Assembly: GCA_951406725.2 (NCBI GenBank)
Contig: OX597837.1
Coordinates: 6,510,001-6,574,000, forward strand
Direction of reading: 5' to 3'
Length of the DNA: 64,000 nucleotides
From: Octopus vulgaris
Taxonomy: Eukaryota
Part shown: positions 28,086-41,162 of the stretch, piece by piece
How positions within the stretch are numbered: the first letter of the stretch is position 1
Layout: each line of letters starts with the position of its first letter
The notes under the pieces: model-generated
The model's database searches: none
Seen by the model: only the letters and a program-made list of their open reading frames with translations
What the model was told of the DNA's origin: nothing
Program-made: the position numbers and the translations under genes

Positions 28086-28765
28086 ACAGCAACAGCAACA
28101 ACAATAAAAGCGATGATGACAACGACGAAAACAAGAACAAAAATGACAGCCAAAATGTAAAGCCATCACTGAAATTACTTGTAAAACACCGAGTTCTCTA
28201 TATTGCAGTTGCTGACACAACTCTTGCTCAAACGCTTCCCCATTCCACCACCCTTTATTCTTTGATTCAATATTAACCAATGTAATTGCATAATTTCATT
28301 ATCTGCTTCGTTCCTCCTCCGGCAAATTCACTTTTGGTTTTTGGTTTTTGGTTATTTTATTCTTCTTGTTGTTGTAGTAGTTTGTATTTTCCATTTTTGT
28401 GTAATTCTTTTTTTTTTTTACATTCTCTAATTATTTCGTTTCTATTGTAGTTTTATTAATGCTAACTTGATTGAAATCTTTCTCATAGCTTTTAGCAAAC
28501 AACATCAGCACCAACGGTGTTGTTGTTGTTGTTGTCGCCGTCGTCACTTTTGTTGTTGTTGATGTTGTCGGTATTGTTTTTGCTGTTGTCGATGTTATAT
28601 ATTGTACTGACTTTATCTCCATCTGACTATCTTTTCCAGAGTGTACATATGTGTGTGAGTGTGTGTGTATAAGCAGTTTCGTGTATACATAAATATATAA
28701 TTAAAGTTACATATACTAGTTTATAAATATACATGTGCGTGTGTATATGTGCATAGCTGCATGAA

Positions 28766-28805
<40 letters not shown>

Positions 28806-29168
28806 CATATATACATATATATATATGTGTATATATAAATATATATATGTATATATGTATATAGATGCATATATACATATATATATATATATGTATATAT
28901 GAACGGTTATGCATACATATATATGTGCGTATACATATATGCATTAGTGGTAATACGTATACACGCATACATACATATAGTCATACATACAGTTGTATAT
29001 TCGTGATGTATATAACACGTATACCTGCGCATGTACCCACACACACAGATCTATTTCTACATACACACATACATACTTACGTACATACATACACACACTA
29101 ACCTTTCGTACTTTTCCCCATTATCCATCACTCTCTTTGTCTCTCTGTCTGTCTCTCTGTCTGCACCT

Positions 29169-29209
<41 letters not shown>

Positions 29210-29966
29210 ACTCGTTTTCTCTTTCCCCTCTATCTCCGCTCTCCATCGGTTCCTACATCTCTATCTACCTACGCTTCCGTCTCACCGTGGCTTCTCATTA
29301 CAACTCACTTCTCGACCTCATCTGCCCCCACTTCTACCTTCCATCTCAACAACTCCCTTTCTTTCTACTTCTAAACTTCTCTCTCTCTCCCTCTCCTTCA
29401 CTTTCCTCCCCTTCTCTCTCTCTCTCTTTCGCTCTTTCACCCGAATCTTTATTTCTTGATCTCCCTCCTTCCTTCAACATATCAAACTTTTTAGCCATAG
29501 AGAAAATAAAATTACTCTATATCAGATATTTTTTTTCTATCAATTTAATTATAAGCAGTTCAATAAGTTCGATAGTATTTTGTTGAAAATTTAGTTTTGT
29601 AATAATATTCCATTATTCTGTTGTTTAACTTTATATTTTTTAATGATAATATTGTTTTGTTTTGTTCTTCATAATTTTTCTTCCAAGAGACCAAAGAAAA
29701 CAGTATCTACATTTGAATATAATTTCGTTCACACAAACACATGTATACCAACATATATATGTATGTGTGTGTGTGTGTGTGTTTGTGTCTGTCTGTTGGT
29801 ACATATGTGTCTGTGTGTAGATATAGTAACAACGAATAGTATGCAACACAGACACTGGTTTCTGTAAATACTATTCAACTCTGCTTCACACCATACTTCG
29901 GTAGTGTGTACTTTATCACCAGGTTCATAGTACTTCCTACAATCTCAATATGTAGTTATGCATCTC

Positions 29967-30036
<70 letters not shown>

Positions 30037-30116
30037 GATATATCTATCTATATCTTTCTATCTATCGTCATATTTACAGGTTTGACCAAAACAGTTGACA
30101 TTTTATTCATACCCAT

Positions 30117-30323
30117 TTACTCTCCTTTACTCATTTACTTGTTTCGGTCATCTGATTGTGGCCATGCTGTAGCACCGCCTTTAGTCGAGCAAATTGACCC
30201 CAGGACTTATTCTTTGAAAGCTTAATACTTATTCAATCGGTCACTTTTTGCCGAACCGCTAAGTTACAGGGACGTAAGCAGCATCGGTTGTCAAGCGATG
30301 TTGGGGTGTCAAACACAGACATA

Positions 30324-30393
<70 letters not shown>

Positions 30394-30555
30394 TACAACA
30401 AGCTACTTTCAGTTTCCATCTACCAAATCCACTAAAAAGGCTTTGGTCGGCCCGAGGCTATAGTAGAAGACACCTGCCCAAGGTGCCACGCAGTGGGACT
30501 GAACCCGGAACCATGTAGTTGGCAAGCAACTACTTAACACACAGTCACTCCTGCC
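30117..30555 (-). mobile_element. SINE family A, full-length
   Basis: Collinear with 26612-27033. Confidence 0.9.
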
Positions 30556-30599
30556 CAATAGTACATTATTGTTATTGATTTAGCTGAGGTTCAGATTTA

Positions 30600-30870
30600 T
30601 TCCTCGTAGGAATTATCTGGATAACGGGGTACTACCTGCAACCTTAGGTATCCTCGAATTTTCAACCGTCTTTCATATACTTAGAACACTCCTAATAACC
30701 CTTGCTGTCGAACTTTCTGTTGAAGCTCAACAGGGCATTCTATTTCAATTTCCTTCAGCTATTTGTCTATAAACTTAGCTTACAGTTTCAAATGTACCAG
30801 TTAGTATAGGCGCGACCTTTATTGTTCGCATGCTCCAAATTCGTACTTTTTTGTGTGCTGTAACTCGTCC
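30600..30870 (-). mobile_element. Degenerate 3' end of an RLE-type LINE
   Basis: Minus strand gives V.PI..G..(G)TV..LKEIEIECPVELQQK..TARVIRSVL, a typical RLE C-terminus. Confidence 0.6.
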
Positions 30871-30934
30871 TTCGATAATGTCCTCAATGTTTGAGCCCTT
30901 GTCGCCAATAAAGAGTTATTATTATTATTATTAT

Positions 30935-31476
30935 TGAGTGAGAGAGCAGTGCATGCCATCAAAGTGACACTGGGGTAAAATATACGAAGCCCAATATACC
31001 CCTCATGACTACCCGTCTGATAAGGGGTACACCAGGCACATGCATCACAACCATATGTGCGCGACATGGTGATCTCATATCAAGATAAACAGCACATGAC
31101 CTTGCAGGTGGGGCCCAGTTAGAATTTTCTTCAAGTTGAGTAGCCCATCCCGCTCAAAAGGTCCCTGAATAAGGGTTGTTTAAGGATGTTGAAAGAATCA
31201 CCCATGTTTCCAGAGGTGAATTATTCAAACCCCAAAGAATCCCTCTCAACACATGGCTATGATGCTCCCCCACTACTTCTGCTCGTGATCAGAGATGCAC
31301 ATATCGTCAGCCACTAAGGGACATGCTCAACTGGTTAAGGTCAAGCAACTGACAAGCAAATCTGTGGTATTGAGCAGAATATTTGCTGTACCAAGACAAA
31401 ACAATGTACATGATAACACTTCCAATCAGTTAAGATCAGAAGCCATGAGAGCCACTGCCTGGTACTGCATCAGGGC
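30935..31476. mobile_element. Unclassified ~540-bp non-coding element embedded in (TTA)n
   Basis: Sharp boundaries with TTA arrays on both sides. Its right end TTAAGATCAGAAGCCATGAGAG.CACTGCCTGGTA recurs at about 1648-1685. Confidence 0.75.
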
Positions 31477-31907
<431 letters not shown>

Positions 31908-32060
31908 AGTAGTCTAATTTTTATCAGGTGCTATCATTGCACCATAGAGCGCAGCTCTGTGTGTCTTGAGTATGTGTTGAGGTTTGTTGTGTTGTTTTCA
32001 TTTTTACTGTATTCGAAGTGTGCGGTGTATATTAGTGCTATTTTTTGGATGTTATATATA
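31908..32060 (-). mobile_element. Old degenerate 3' end of the 2014-3453 LINE family
   Basis: GAGCGCAGCTCTGTGTG.CTTG.GTATGTG and TAGTGC.ATTTT match 2056-2175; abuts (TTA)n. Confidence 0.7.
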
Positions 32061-32085
32061 TATATATAGATGTATAGGTTCTTTA

Positions 32086-32400
32086 AAAATTCGACAGGAA
32101 TAAATTTGGAAATGAAAAACATTTACCATCTAGTACCACGGACCAATTGGTTTCTGATCTTTTAGCAAGTCAGGGATTGGACTGGCGCAGAAAAATTTGA
32201 AAAGATAGTGCGTATGAACACGAGACAAGTAGCCGTGTCTGTCTCCTGTTGAATATGTTTAACCCTAGGTTGGACCTTGCTGAAGAAGATCAGACCTTGC
32301 GAGTTCCCCTTGACTTGCTAAAAGAAGATCAGAAACCAATTGGTCCGGAGTACTAGATGGTAAATGTTTTTCATTTCCAAATTTATTCCTGTCGAATTTT
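32086..32400. repeat. ~90-bp inverted repeat (32086-32174 / 32308-32400), PLE-type inverted terminus
   Basis: Arms are near-identical reverse complements. Both carry GAAACCAATTGGTC, an HHR 3' half with palindromic stem III. Confidence 0.8.
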
Positions 32401-32946
32401 ATCCGTTATTTTTGTGGTTTACCAAACCTAGCTGTTCTTTCTAATGTGTTGGATTTCACGTAAAGTGGATTCATTATGTGTATAAATATGCACTATATCG
32501 TATGACTAATATATAGACTTCTTGACTAATTTTTTTTGCACGTTAGACCACTGGAAATGTAAATTTTGATTGAATATTTTAATTTTAATTAAATTCCATT
32601 TCCCTTTGATATGATTATATATAAATGTATATGTATGTGTGTGTGTGTGCAGTATTTGAGTCGATGGCTGTGCAGATTTTTATGTATGTATATTATACAC
32701 ACAGAATTCTATCCATAACGTTTTCATCTGGCAATTTTCCCACTGCGTGCTTGGGTTAAGCCAAAAGTATTTCAGAAGATATTTTTCAAACCATCTATTG
32801 CATAGGATCGAAACTGTGCCGAAGTAGTTGCGAAATGAACTCCTCTTTAAGTGATTATATTATGAGTCAACAAAAGATTCTACTAACGCCTACGAAAAAT
32901 AATAGCAAAAATAGATAGACAAAACGACAGACAGATAGGTAGATGA

Positions 32947-33029
<83 letters not shown>

Positions 33030-33257
33030 GATAGACAGATGGATATATAGACAGATATATAGACAGATTGACCGACAGATAGATAGATATAATGATAGAT
33101 TGATAGACAGGCAGATAGATAGAGACAGATAGACAGATGGATAAATAGATAGATAGATAGATGGGTGGATAGATAGATAGATAGAATGATATATATAGAC
33201 AGATAAAATTGTATATATGTATGTATGTATGTATGTATTTATGTATGTGTGTGTATG

Positions 33258-33313
<56 letters not shown>

Positions 33314-33316
33314 CAT

Positions 33317-33517
33317 AGGCACAGGAGTGGCTGTGTGGTAAGTAGCTTGTTTACCAACCACATGGTTCCGGGTTCAGTCCCACTGCGTGGCACCTTGGGC
33401 AAGTGTCTTCTACTATAGCCTCGGGCTAGTCGAGTTGCTCGACTAAATGCGGTGCTCCAGCATGGCCGCAGTCAAATGACTGAAACAAGTAAAAGAGTAA
33501 AAGAGAGAGTAAAGAGT
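33317..33517 (+). mobile_element. SINE family A with ~200-bp internal deletion
   Basis: Head up to GCCTCGGGC is joined directly to the TGCTCGACTAAA tail. Confidence 0.85.
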
Positions 33518-33861
33518 ATACACACATATAAATAGGTAAATAGACAGACGGACAAAACGATAAAAAAAAACAATGCAAAAAGCAAAACGCTATATGGTTG
33601 GCAGACATTTATGTGAATTGGTATAAAAAACTAATTTTGAGAAGGGCTTATATGTAAGTAAAATATGATTTATGTACCGAATAAACCTGAAATAATAATA
33701 AAAAAAACATTTCCTCCTATTTGCATACAGGCCGATACACTTATATACATATGCACATCTCAACATACACAAACAGAGATTTATATAGTTCTATGCGAAC
33801 TTGCTTGAGCGTTTGTCTTATACACATATTTTAAAATTTGTTAAAATCATATAGAAATGAA

Positions 33862-33906
<45 letters not shown>

Positions 33907-33909
<3 letters not shown>

Positions 33910-34320
33910 CGCAGGAGTGGCTGTTTGGTAAGTAGCTTGCTAACCAACCACATGGTTCCGGGTTCAGTCCCACTGCGTGGCATCTTGGGCAAGTGTCTTC
34001 TGCTATAGCCCCGGGCCGACCAAAGCCTTGTGAGTGGATTTGGTAGACGGAAACTGAAAGAAGCTTGTCGTATATATGTATATATATATAAGTGTGTGTT
34101 CCCCTGTGTTTGTTCCCCTAGCATTGCTTGACAACCGATGCTGGTGTGTTTACGTCACCGTCACTTAGCGGTTCGGCAAAAGAGACCGATAGAATAAGTA
34201 CTGGGCTTACAAAAAAGAATAAGTCTCGGGGTCGATTTGCTCGACTAAAGGCGGTGCTCCAGCATGGCCGCAGTCAAATGACTGAAACAAGTAAAAAGAG
34301 TAAAAAAAGAGTAAAGAGAG
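33907..34320 (+). mobile_element. SINE family A, full-length
   Basis: A and B boxes, body and tail as in 49433-49843. Confidence 0.92.
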
Positions 34321-34394
34321 TATATATATATATATATATATATCATACACAAACAGAGATGTGTGTGTGTGTGTGTGTGTGAGTGTGTATGTGT

Positions 34395-34697
34395 GGAGGC
34401 AATAGCCCAGTGGTTTGGGAAGCGGACTCGCGGTCTTAGGATCGCATTTCGATTCCCAGAAATGAATGCGTTTTAGTGTTTATTGAGCGAAAACACCTAA
34501 AATCCGCGAGGCTCCGGCAGGAGTGGTGGCTATCCCAGCTGTACTCTTTCGCTAACAACTTTCTCACTCTTTCTTCTGTTGGCCTGCTCACTTGGCAGCT
34601 TGGGTGGCGTCATTCGAATAGCTAAAACAATGCAAACGCATTGTGACTAGCGATGTGTAGCAAATCTGATGGTCTGGTCGGTCACCTGATCACGTGA
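34395..34697 (+). mobile_element. SINE family C, alternative 3' module
   Basis: Head and body match 27729-27890; the 3' part is unrelated (ends TGATCACGTGA). Confidence 0.8.
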
Positions 34698-34754
34698 CAT
34701 ATATATATATATATATGTATCTATGTATAGCATGCACATTTTTGCGTTTATTTA

Positions 34755-34924
34755 TATATATGGCTTGTACACTATTGTTGTCATCATTATAATCATCATC
34801 ATCATTATCGGCAATTATTACCACTATTATTCATATGACTGTCCTTTGTTACGATGTAAAGATATTTGTAGCTATGTGCCTTGAGTTTAAATATAATGCA
34901 TTTTGTATCATCCATATTAAATAC

Positions 34925-34963
<39 letters not shown>

Positions 34964-34983
34964 CGCACACACATATATATATC

Positions 34984-35020
<37 letters not shown>

Positions 35021-35777
35021 AGTGTGTATGTGTGGAGGCACAGAAAGAGACTTTAAGACCGAGATTGAGAGAGAGAGAGAGGGGGAGAGAGAGACGGACA
35101 GACAGATAAACAGGCAAACAGACTGAAAAACACAAAGACAGACAGACAGACAGAAGCGGAGAGTAAGTATGATAAGATGATAAGACAAAGGCCACTCACA
35201 AACACGCATACGCAGAAAGTATACACATGTATAAGCATATACATACTTACATACATACATTCATACACACATGCATGCATACATACATGCCTGTATATAT
35301 ATACACAGGAACATACATTCACGTGTATATATATATATATATATACACAGGAATAGATTCATATATATGTGTATGTGTATACGCATGCACATACACAATA
35401 TTAATATTTATTTGTATATACCTTTGAGGATCAAATTATCTATAAGACAGTATTATATTATTGGTTTATTGAGTTTATACACGCTGTGACGCATTTATGT
35501 ATATATATATATACATACACATAGGTATATATATATATATATGGCTGTACACTATTGTTGTCATCATTATAATCATCATCATCATTATCCTAATTATTAC
35601 CACTATTATTCATATGACTGTCCTTTGTTACGATGTAAAGATATTTGTAGCTATGTGCCTTGTACGTATACATATGTGTATATATACACACATATATATA
35701 TATATACATATATATAATATATATAGATAGTATATGTGTGTATACATATATACGTATATATGTTTATATATATATAT

Positions 35778-35813
<36 letters not shown>

Positions 35814-36504
35814 GTTAATATATGTGTATGTATATGTATATGTATATATATATACACACACAGAAAGAGACTTTAAGACCGAAAGATTGAGAGAGAGAGA
35901 GAGGGGGGAGAGAGAGACGGACAGACAGATAAACAGGCAAACAGACTGAAAAACACAAAGACAGACAGACAGACAGAAGCGGAGAGTAAGTATGATAAGA
36001 TGATAAGACAAAGGCCACTCACAAACACGCATACGCAGAAAGTATACACATGTATAAGCATATACATACTTACATACATACATTCATACACACATGCATG
36101 CATACATACATGCCTGTATATATATACACAGGAACATACATTCACGTGTATATATATATATATATATACACAGGAATAGATTCATATATATGTGTATGTG
36201 TATACGCATGCACATACACAATATTAATATTTATTTGTATATACCTTTGAGGATCAAATTATCTATAAGACAGTATTATATTATTGGTTTATTGAGTTTA
36301 TACACGCTGTGACGCATTTATGTATATATATATATACATACACATAGGTATATATATATATATACGCACACGTATATATATGTATATATATACATACATA
36401 TATATATACATATATACACTTATGTATATAAATAAATATATCATATGCTTATTAAAAGATACATATCTTTCGATGTCTGTGTACGTATACATATGTGTAT
36501 ATAT

Positions 36505-36549
<45 letters not shown>

Positions 36550-36589
36550 TAGTTATATGTGTGTATACATATATACGTATACATATGTT

Positions 36590-36637
<48 letters not shown>

Positions 36638-36640
36638 GAT
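34755..36640. repeat. Mosaic ~800-bp tandem duplication
   Basis: 35039-35540 recurs almost identically at 35859-36362; 34755-34882 recurs at about 35537-35662; 35662-35810 recurs at about 36481-36640. Confidence 0.85.
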
Positions 36641-37102
36641 GTTTGTATGCGTATGTATATGTATGTGTATATATATATATATATATATATGTATATTTAT
36701 ATGTATATGTGTGTGCGTGTGTGTTTGCGAGCAAGTGTATTGAGTGTCGTGTCTTGTACAATAAGACCGATATTATTTCTGTCTGTGTACACTTAACACA
36801 ATTTTCTGTCAGTGAATTTCAAACTAATCATGTACAAACATTATATTCTAGAAGTAATTTCACCCAAAAATATCATTATCGAAAGTAAAATATACAACAA
36901 TGGTGAGAGATCTTATACTCTGCACAAATATGACGGTACAAACATGGACTCTGTATAGGGAAATACGCTCAGATGCTAACAAATACAGACATAATCGCCC
37001 ACATTTACATACATACATACATACATACACAAGCGCATCAAAAAAAATATTATACTGTTTCATCTAACAAATAAATAATTACAAATTTCACAAACATATG
37101 TA

Positions 37103-37268
<166 letters not shown>

Positions 37269-37391
37269 CATGTATATAAACACACACTTTTAAGTAAGAA
37301 AATGAAGAAAATGGATAAAATTTTACGTACAGATGTTTTTGTTTAACGACAAATTCATACATAAATATTCCTACCCACAGCTCTTCCCACA

Positions 37392-37434
<43 letters not shown>

Positions 37435-37435
37435 G

Positions 37436-37938
37436 GTACGGTCAATATATTATCCTCCAAATTACGCAAAAATGAATGTATCTCTTACATTTCACTTTAA
37501 CAAATATATATACCAATATTATATAAAAATATCTTGAACTACTAAAGAGCAAATTTATTCAATAGAATCTCCATTGGCTTCAACCACGGCCTCCAGATGA
37601 CTTCGGAATCTTCTGCAACTTTTCTGGACGATTTTCTTGTGATCATTCTGAACACCATCATGTTGACTGTTTTTATCACTCTCAGTACATGCTTTGGAAC
37701 TCGACCTGCCAGCGGTTTTTTTTTTTTCGTATTGGAGGTTCTGGCGCAAATGCTAAACTGTACAGCGTGTCGTTACCAAATTTGTGGCAAACTGAATTGC
37801 GTTATGATGCTGTTGTTTCTCACAGACTGTACCCAACTGACCCTACTATACTGTGTAGTCGACAAAATAAAAATCAAACCATGGACATGCGCGAAATCAC
37901 AAATATAATATTGTTACAATTTACCCATTGCACCCTCA

Positions 37939-37940
<2 letters not shown>
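37436..37940 (-). mobile_element. Tc1/maT-like internally deleted element, same family as 17628-18060
   Basis: ORF end KSCRRFRSHLEAVVEANGDSIE*; right end TGCACCCTC complements GAGGGTGC. Confidence 0.75.
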
Positions 37941-37989
<49 letters not shown>

Positions 37990-38008
37990 TACACGCACGT
38001 ACACACAG

Positions 38009-38104
<96 letters not shown>

Positions 38105-38517
38105 CTAGGAGGGTAACTTTCTAGGTGCAATCCCATGGTCATTCATGACCGAAGGGGGTCTTTACCCTTTTTATATAAAATATATATATATGTACATACA
38201 TGTTTCACCTCTTGTCCTTTACACGTTTCAGTCATCAGAAAGCGACCGTACTGGGGCACCACTTTTAAGAGTTTTAATCCATCTTCGGTACTTTCCTTAA
38301 ATCTGGTGCTTATTTCATTTGTCTTTTTGCAGAAACGACTAATTGCGGGGCGGAAGAACACCAACACAGGTCAGAAATTATTCAGGGTGGTGGTGGATAA
38401 ATACAAACGATACTCCAGCTTGGGCGAGTTAATGACTGAAGGAACTAAACGACAAAAGATATACATTCATATACACTCATGCATACATACATACATAAAT
38501 CTATCTATCTATCTCTT

Positions 38518-38577
<60 letters not shown>

Positions 38578-38719
38578 CATGTGTGTGTGTGTGTGTGTGT
38601 TAGACACTTCGTTGTCTCGAGGGAGACTTAATAATTTTGATGCTCCATTTCATACTTTCTCTCTTGTCCTTTTATACCTTTCAGCCCTAATACTGTGGCC
38701 ATGATGGAGCACCGCCAGC

Positions 38720-38965
38720 GTAATCACCTTCTCAATGGCCAATCTCATGCGATTGGCTTTTGGTGACCGAGGGAGTTCAACACTACTGCCCAAATTTTCA
38801 GTTTCCTGTCTTCATATTGGTTCAGCTGAGATTTTGGAATGCTGGAGGTCCAATTGTTTCCGAAAACGACATCTACCCCTACTCCATGGAGATCCCTCAG
38901 GTGTTTAGGCTAGGCGTTAAACAATTGTGGGCTCTTGAATCCCAAGATATTGCCGTACATGGTCC
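38720..38965 (-). mobile_element. 3' end relic of an APE-type LINE (CR1/L2/Crack-like)
   Basis: Minus strand gives LGFKSPQLFNA*PKHLRDLHGVGVDV..F.KQLDL, matching the (W/F)N.LP.....FK..LD C-terminal pattern. Confidence 0.6.
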
Positions 38966-39551
38966 TTATTTTAGACGGGATAGAATAAGATTTGATTGTG
39001 TTAACATTAATGACAATCTCTGTATCAACAATAGTCTACAACGGCTATTTAACAAAAATGATATCACTATGAAATTTATAGCAATATCATTATAGTATAA
39101 ACCGTTTTGTTTCTCACGTGATACGATGCCATACATTCAACAAGTAAATATAAATACGTAAATATTCTGAAAGGTTTTTGCCTTTTTTTTCTTCTTGTTG
39201 CTGTTGGGCGTTTAAAAGAATGTAAAAGAATGTATATGTTTGTGATTACGCGTCTTAAATTTATTTTCAGTTATCTGTTGTAATATTTACACACACTATC
39301 ATTATCTTACAGAACGTTTGCAAAATTATCTAATGATTCTCTAACTAAATTATTTTTGAAGAGATAATTGTTTGTTGCGATGCTATTCCATGAAACAGGC
39401 CGTATTGTTGATGGTAGAATGTTATTCAGATTTGACAAGGTTAATTGCGTCAAATCTTGCAACATGAATAAATAACTTTAATTGTGCTTCTATAAAAGTT
39501 CTCAGAATAATTTTAATCCATTCAAAAATCACTTTTATCATTATCATTATA

Positions 39552-39607
<56 letters not shown>

Positions 39608-40369
39608 GATGATGATGATGATGATGATGATTGCCACTACGATTTTTATTGCCTTTATTAAGTGGATTGCTAAATCCATTTCCATAGAACCTCATAACTT
39701 ACAAGCGTTGTACACTGCTGTAATTTCATCAACGCATCTAGCAGTTGAATGGGCAAATTTAAATAATTTACTGTATAAACTTGATATTGTGAAATGCCAT
39801 TATAATGCCATGAAAATTTTGACTGTCATATCTATGGCTAATTGTGTCCTATATGCTTTGATAGTGACATGACAATTTTTATTGACACATCTATGGCCAC
39901 ATCTATCCTATATGGCGCATTGTACCATGTAACCTACCTCAAGCGAGCATTTAGGTATGCCACTTAACAGACATACTCTTAAATTTGCCTATTCTAGGAG
40001 ATTAGGTGAAAGTATGCTATTGCATAATGCTTGCAAGTTAAGAGATATTTGTAGCCAATATACTTAAAGATAATAATAAAGTTAGTAGTATCAGTAAAAA
40101 TAATAATAATACTTGGAATAAAGTTAATGATAAATTCTGATAATAATGAAAATATGAGTAATAATTATAATATGAATTATGGTTATACAAGATAAACAAA
40201 AATTATACAGAATGAAACTAAAATATCTAGTCCGATTAGGGAATATATATGATTTTCAAATGTATCGTATTTTAAGCAGAAAGATTCCTAGCTGAAAACC
40301 AAATATCGGCAACAGAAAAAATATGAAATTTTGTACAAAAAATCTTTCAAAGTTATGTAATTATAAACT

Positions 40370-40620
40370 TCGTATTAATTGCCTATCAGGTAACCAATGC
40401 TTAAGAAAAACCTTAGTGTGTAAATGTTCTCTAGCAACAGAAAACTGTACTTACAATTATATACTTGCTTACTGAAATGATTTTCAAGTCAAGATGTTAT
40501 AACCACGTTCCTTCATTTAGATATTGGAAACAAAAGAAAACTTCAATTCATTAAGTAAATTTGCCTGAAGCCTCAAAGAGAAGTAAAGTAGATGTGGTCT
40601 ACAATAAGAAGCGCACTGTA
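40370..40620 (+). pseudogene. Penelope-type GIY-YIG endonuclease relic
   Basis: C...NQCLRKTLV.KC.....NYI..TEMIFKSRCYNHVPSFR...NSLSKFA*SLKEK fits the CL..VVY..YIG.T..FK.R..NH..SF..LS..W.LK pattern. Confidence 0.75.
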
Positions 40621-40899
40621 TAATGGAAGGGATCTAAAATGCAACTTATTCCTTGAGTAGGCAATGCACATCTTTACATCCAAATCTAATATACTAAATT
40701 ACAGAAATGAATTATTGTTAGAATGTTTTTTTTCCTCCGAAGAACGTTTCAAACATTTCCACATATATAGAGCTGATCAGCGTACTCTTATGTAAGAGGT
40801 TGTGCCCGCATTTCTCTATCCGGTATATTTTGTATATTTGACATAGTTTTATTTAGTAAATACACTGAAATCTGTTTTACGTAATTATTTTAGTTATCT

Positions 40900-40982
40900 T
40901 GGCCGCCAGCTGGCAGAATCGTTAGCACGCCGGGCGAAATGCTTAGCGGCATTTCGTCTGCTGCGACGTTGAGTTCAAATTA
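40900..40982 (+). mobile_element. SINE family B, 5' fragment
   Basis: CTGGCAGAATCGTTAGCACGCCGGGCGAAATGCTTAGCGG..GAGTTCAAAT. Confidence 0.8.
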
Positions 40983-41111
40983 TTATTATTATTAATATTA
41001 TTATTATTATTATTAAAGTTTTTTAACGATTTGTAATTAGATTAATTATCGTTAGTATTTTGTAATTAATATTTATATTTTAATTTTATTTTAAATGTTT
41101 ATTCCCTTACG

Positions 41112-41160
<49 letters not shown>

Positions 41161-41162
<2 letters not shown>

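Noticed and set aside
31445-31476. Resemblance of minus-strand TGCAGTACC..CAGG to the U2 snRNA 3' stem-loop
   Set aside because: Only about 9 nt match; no Sm site or branch-pairing region.
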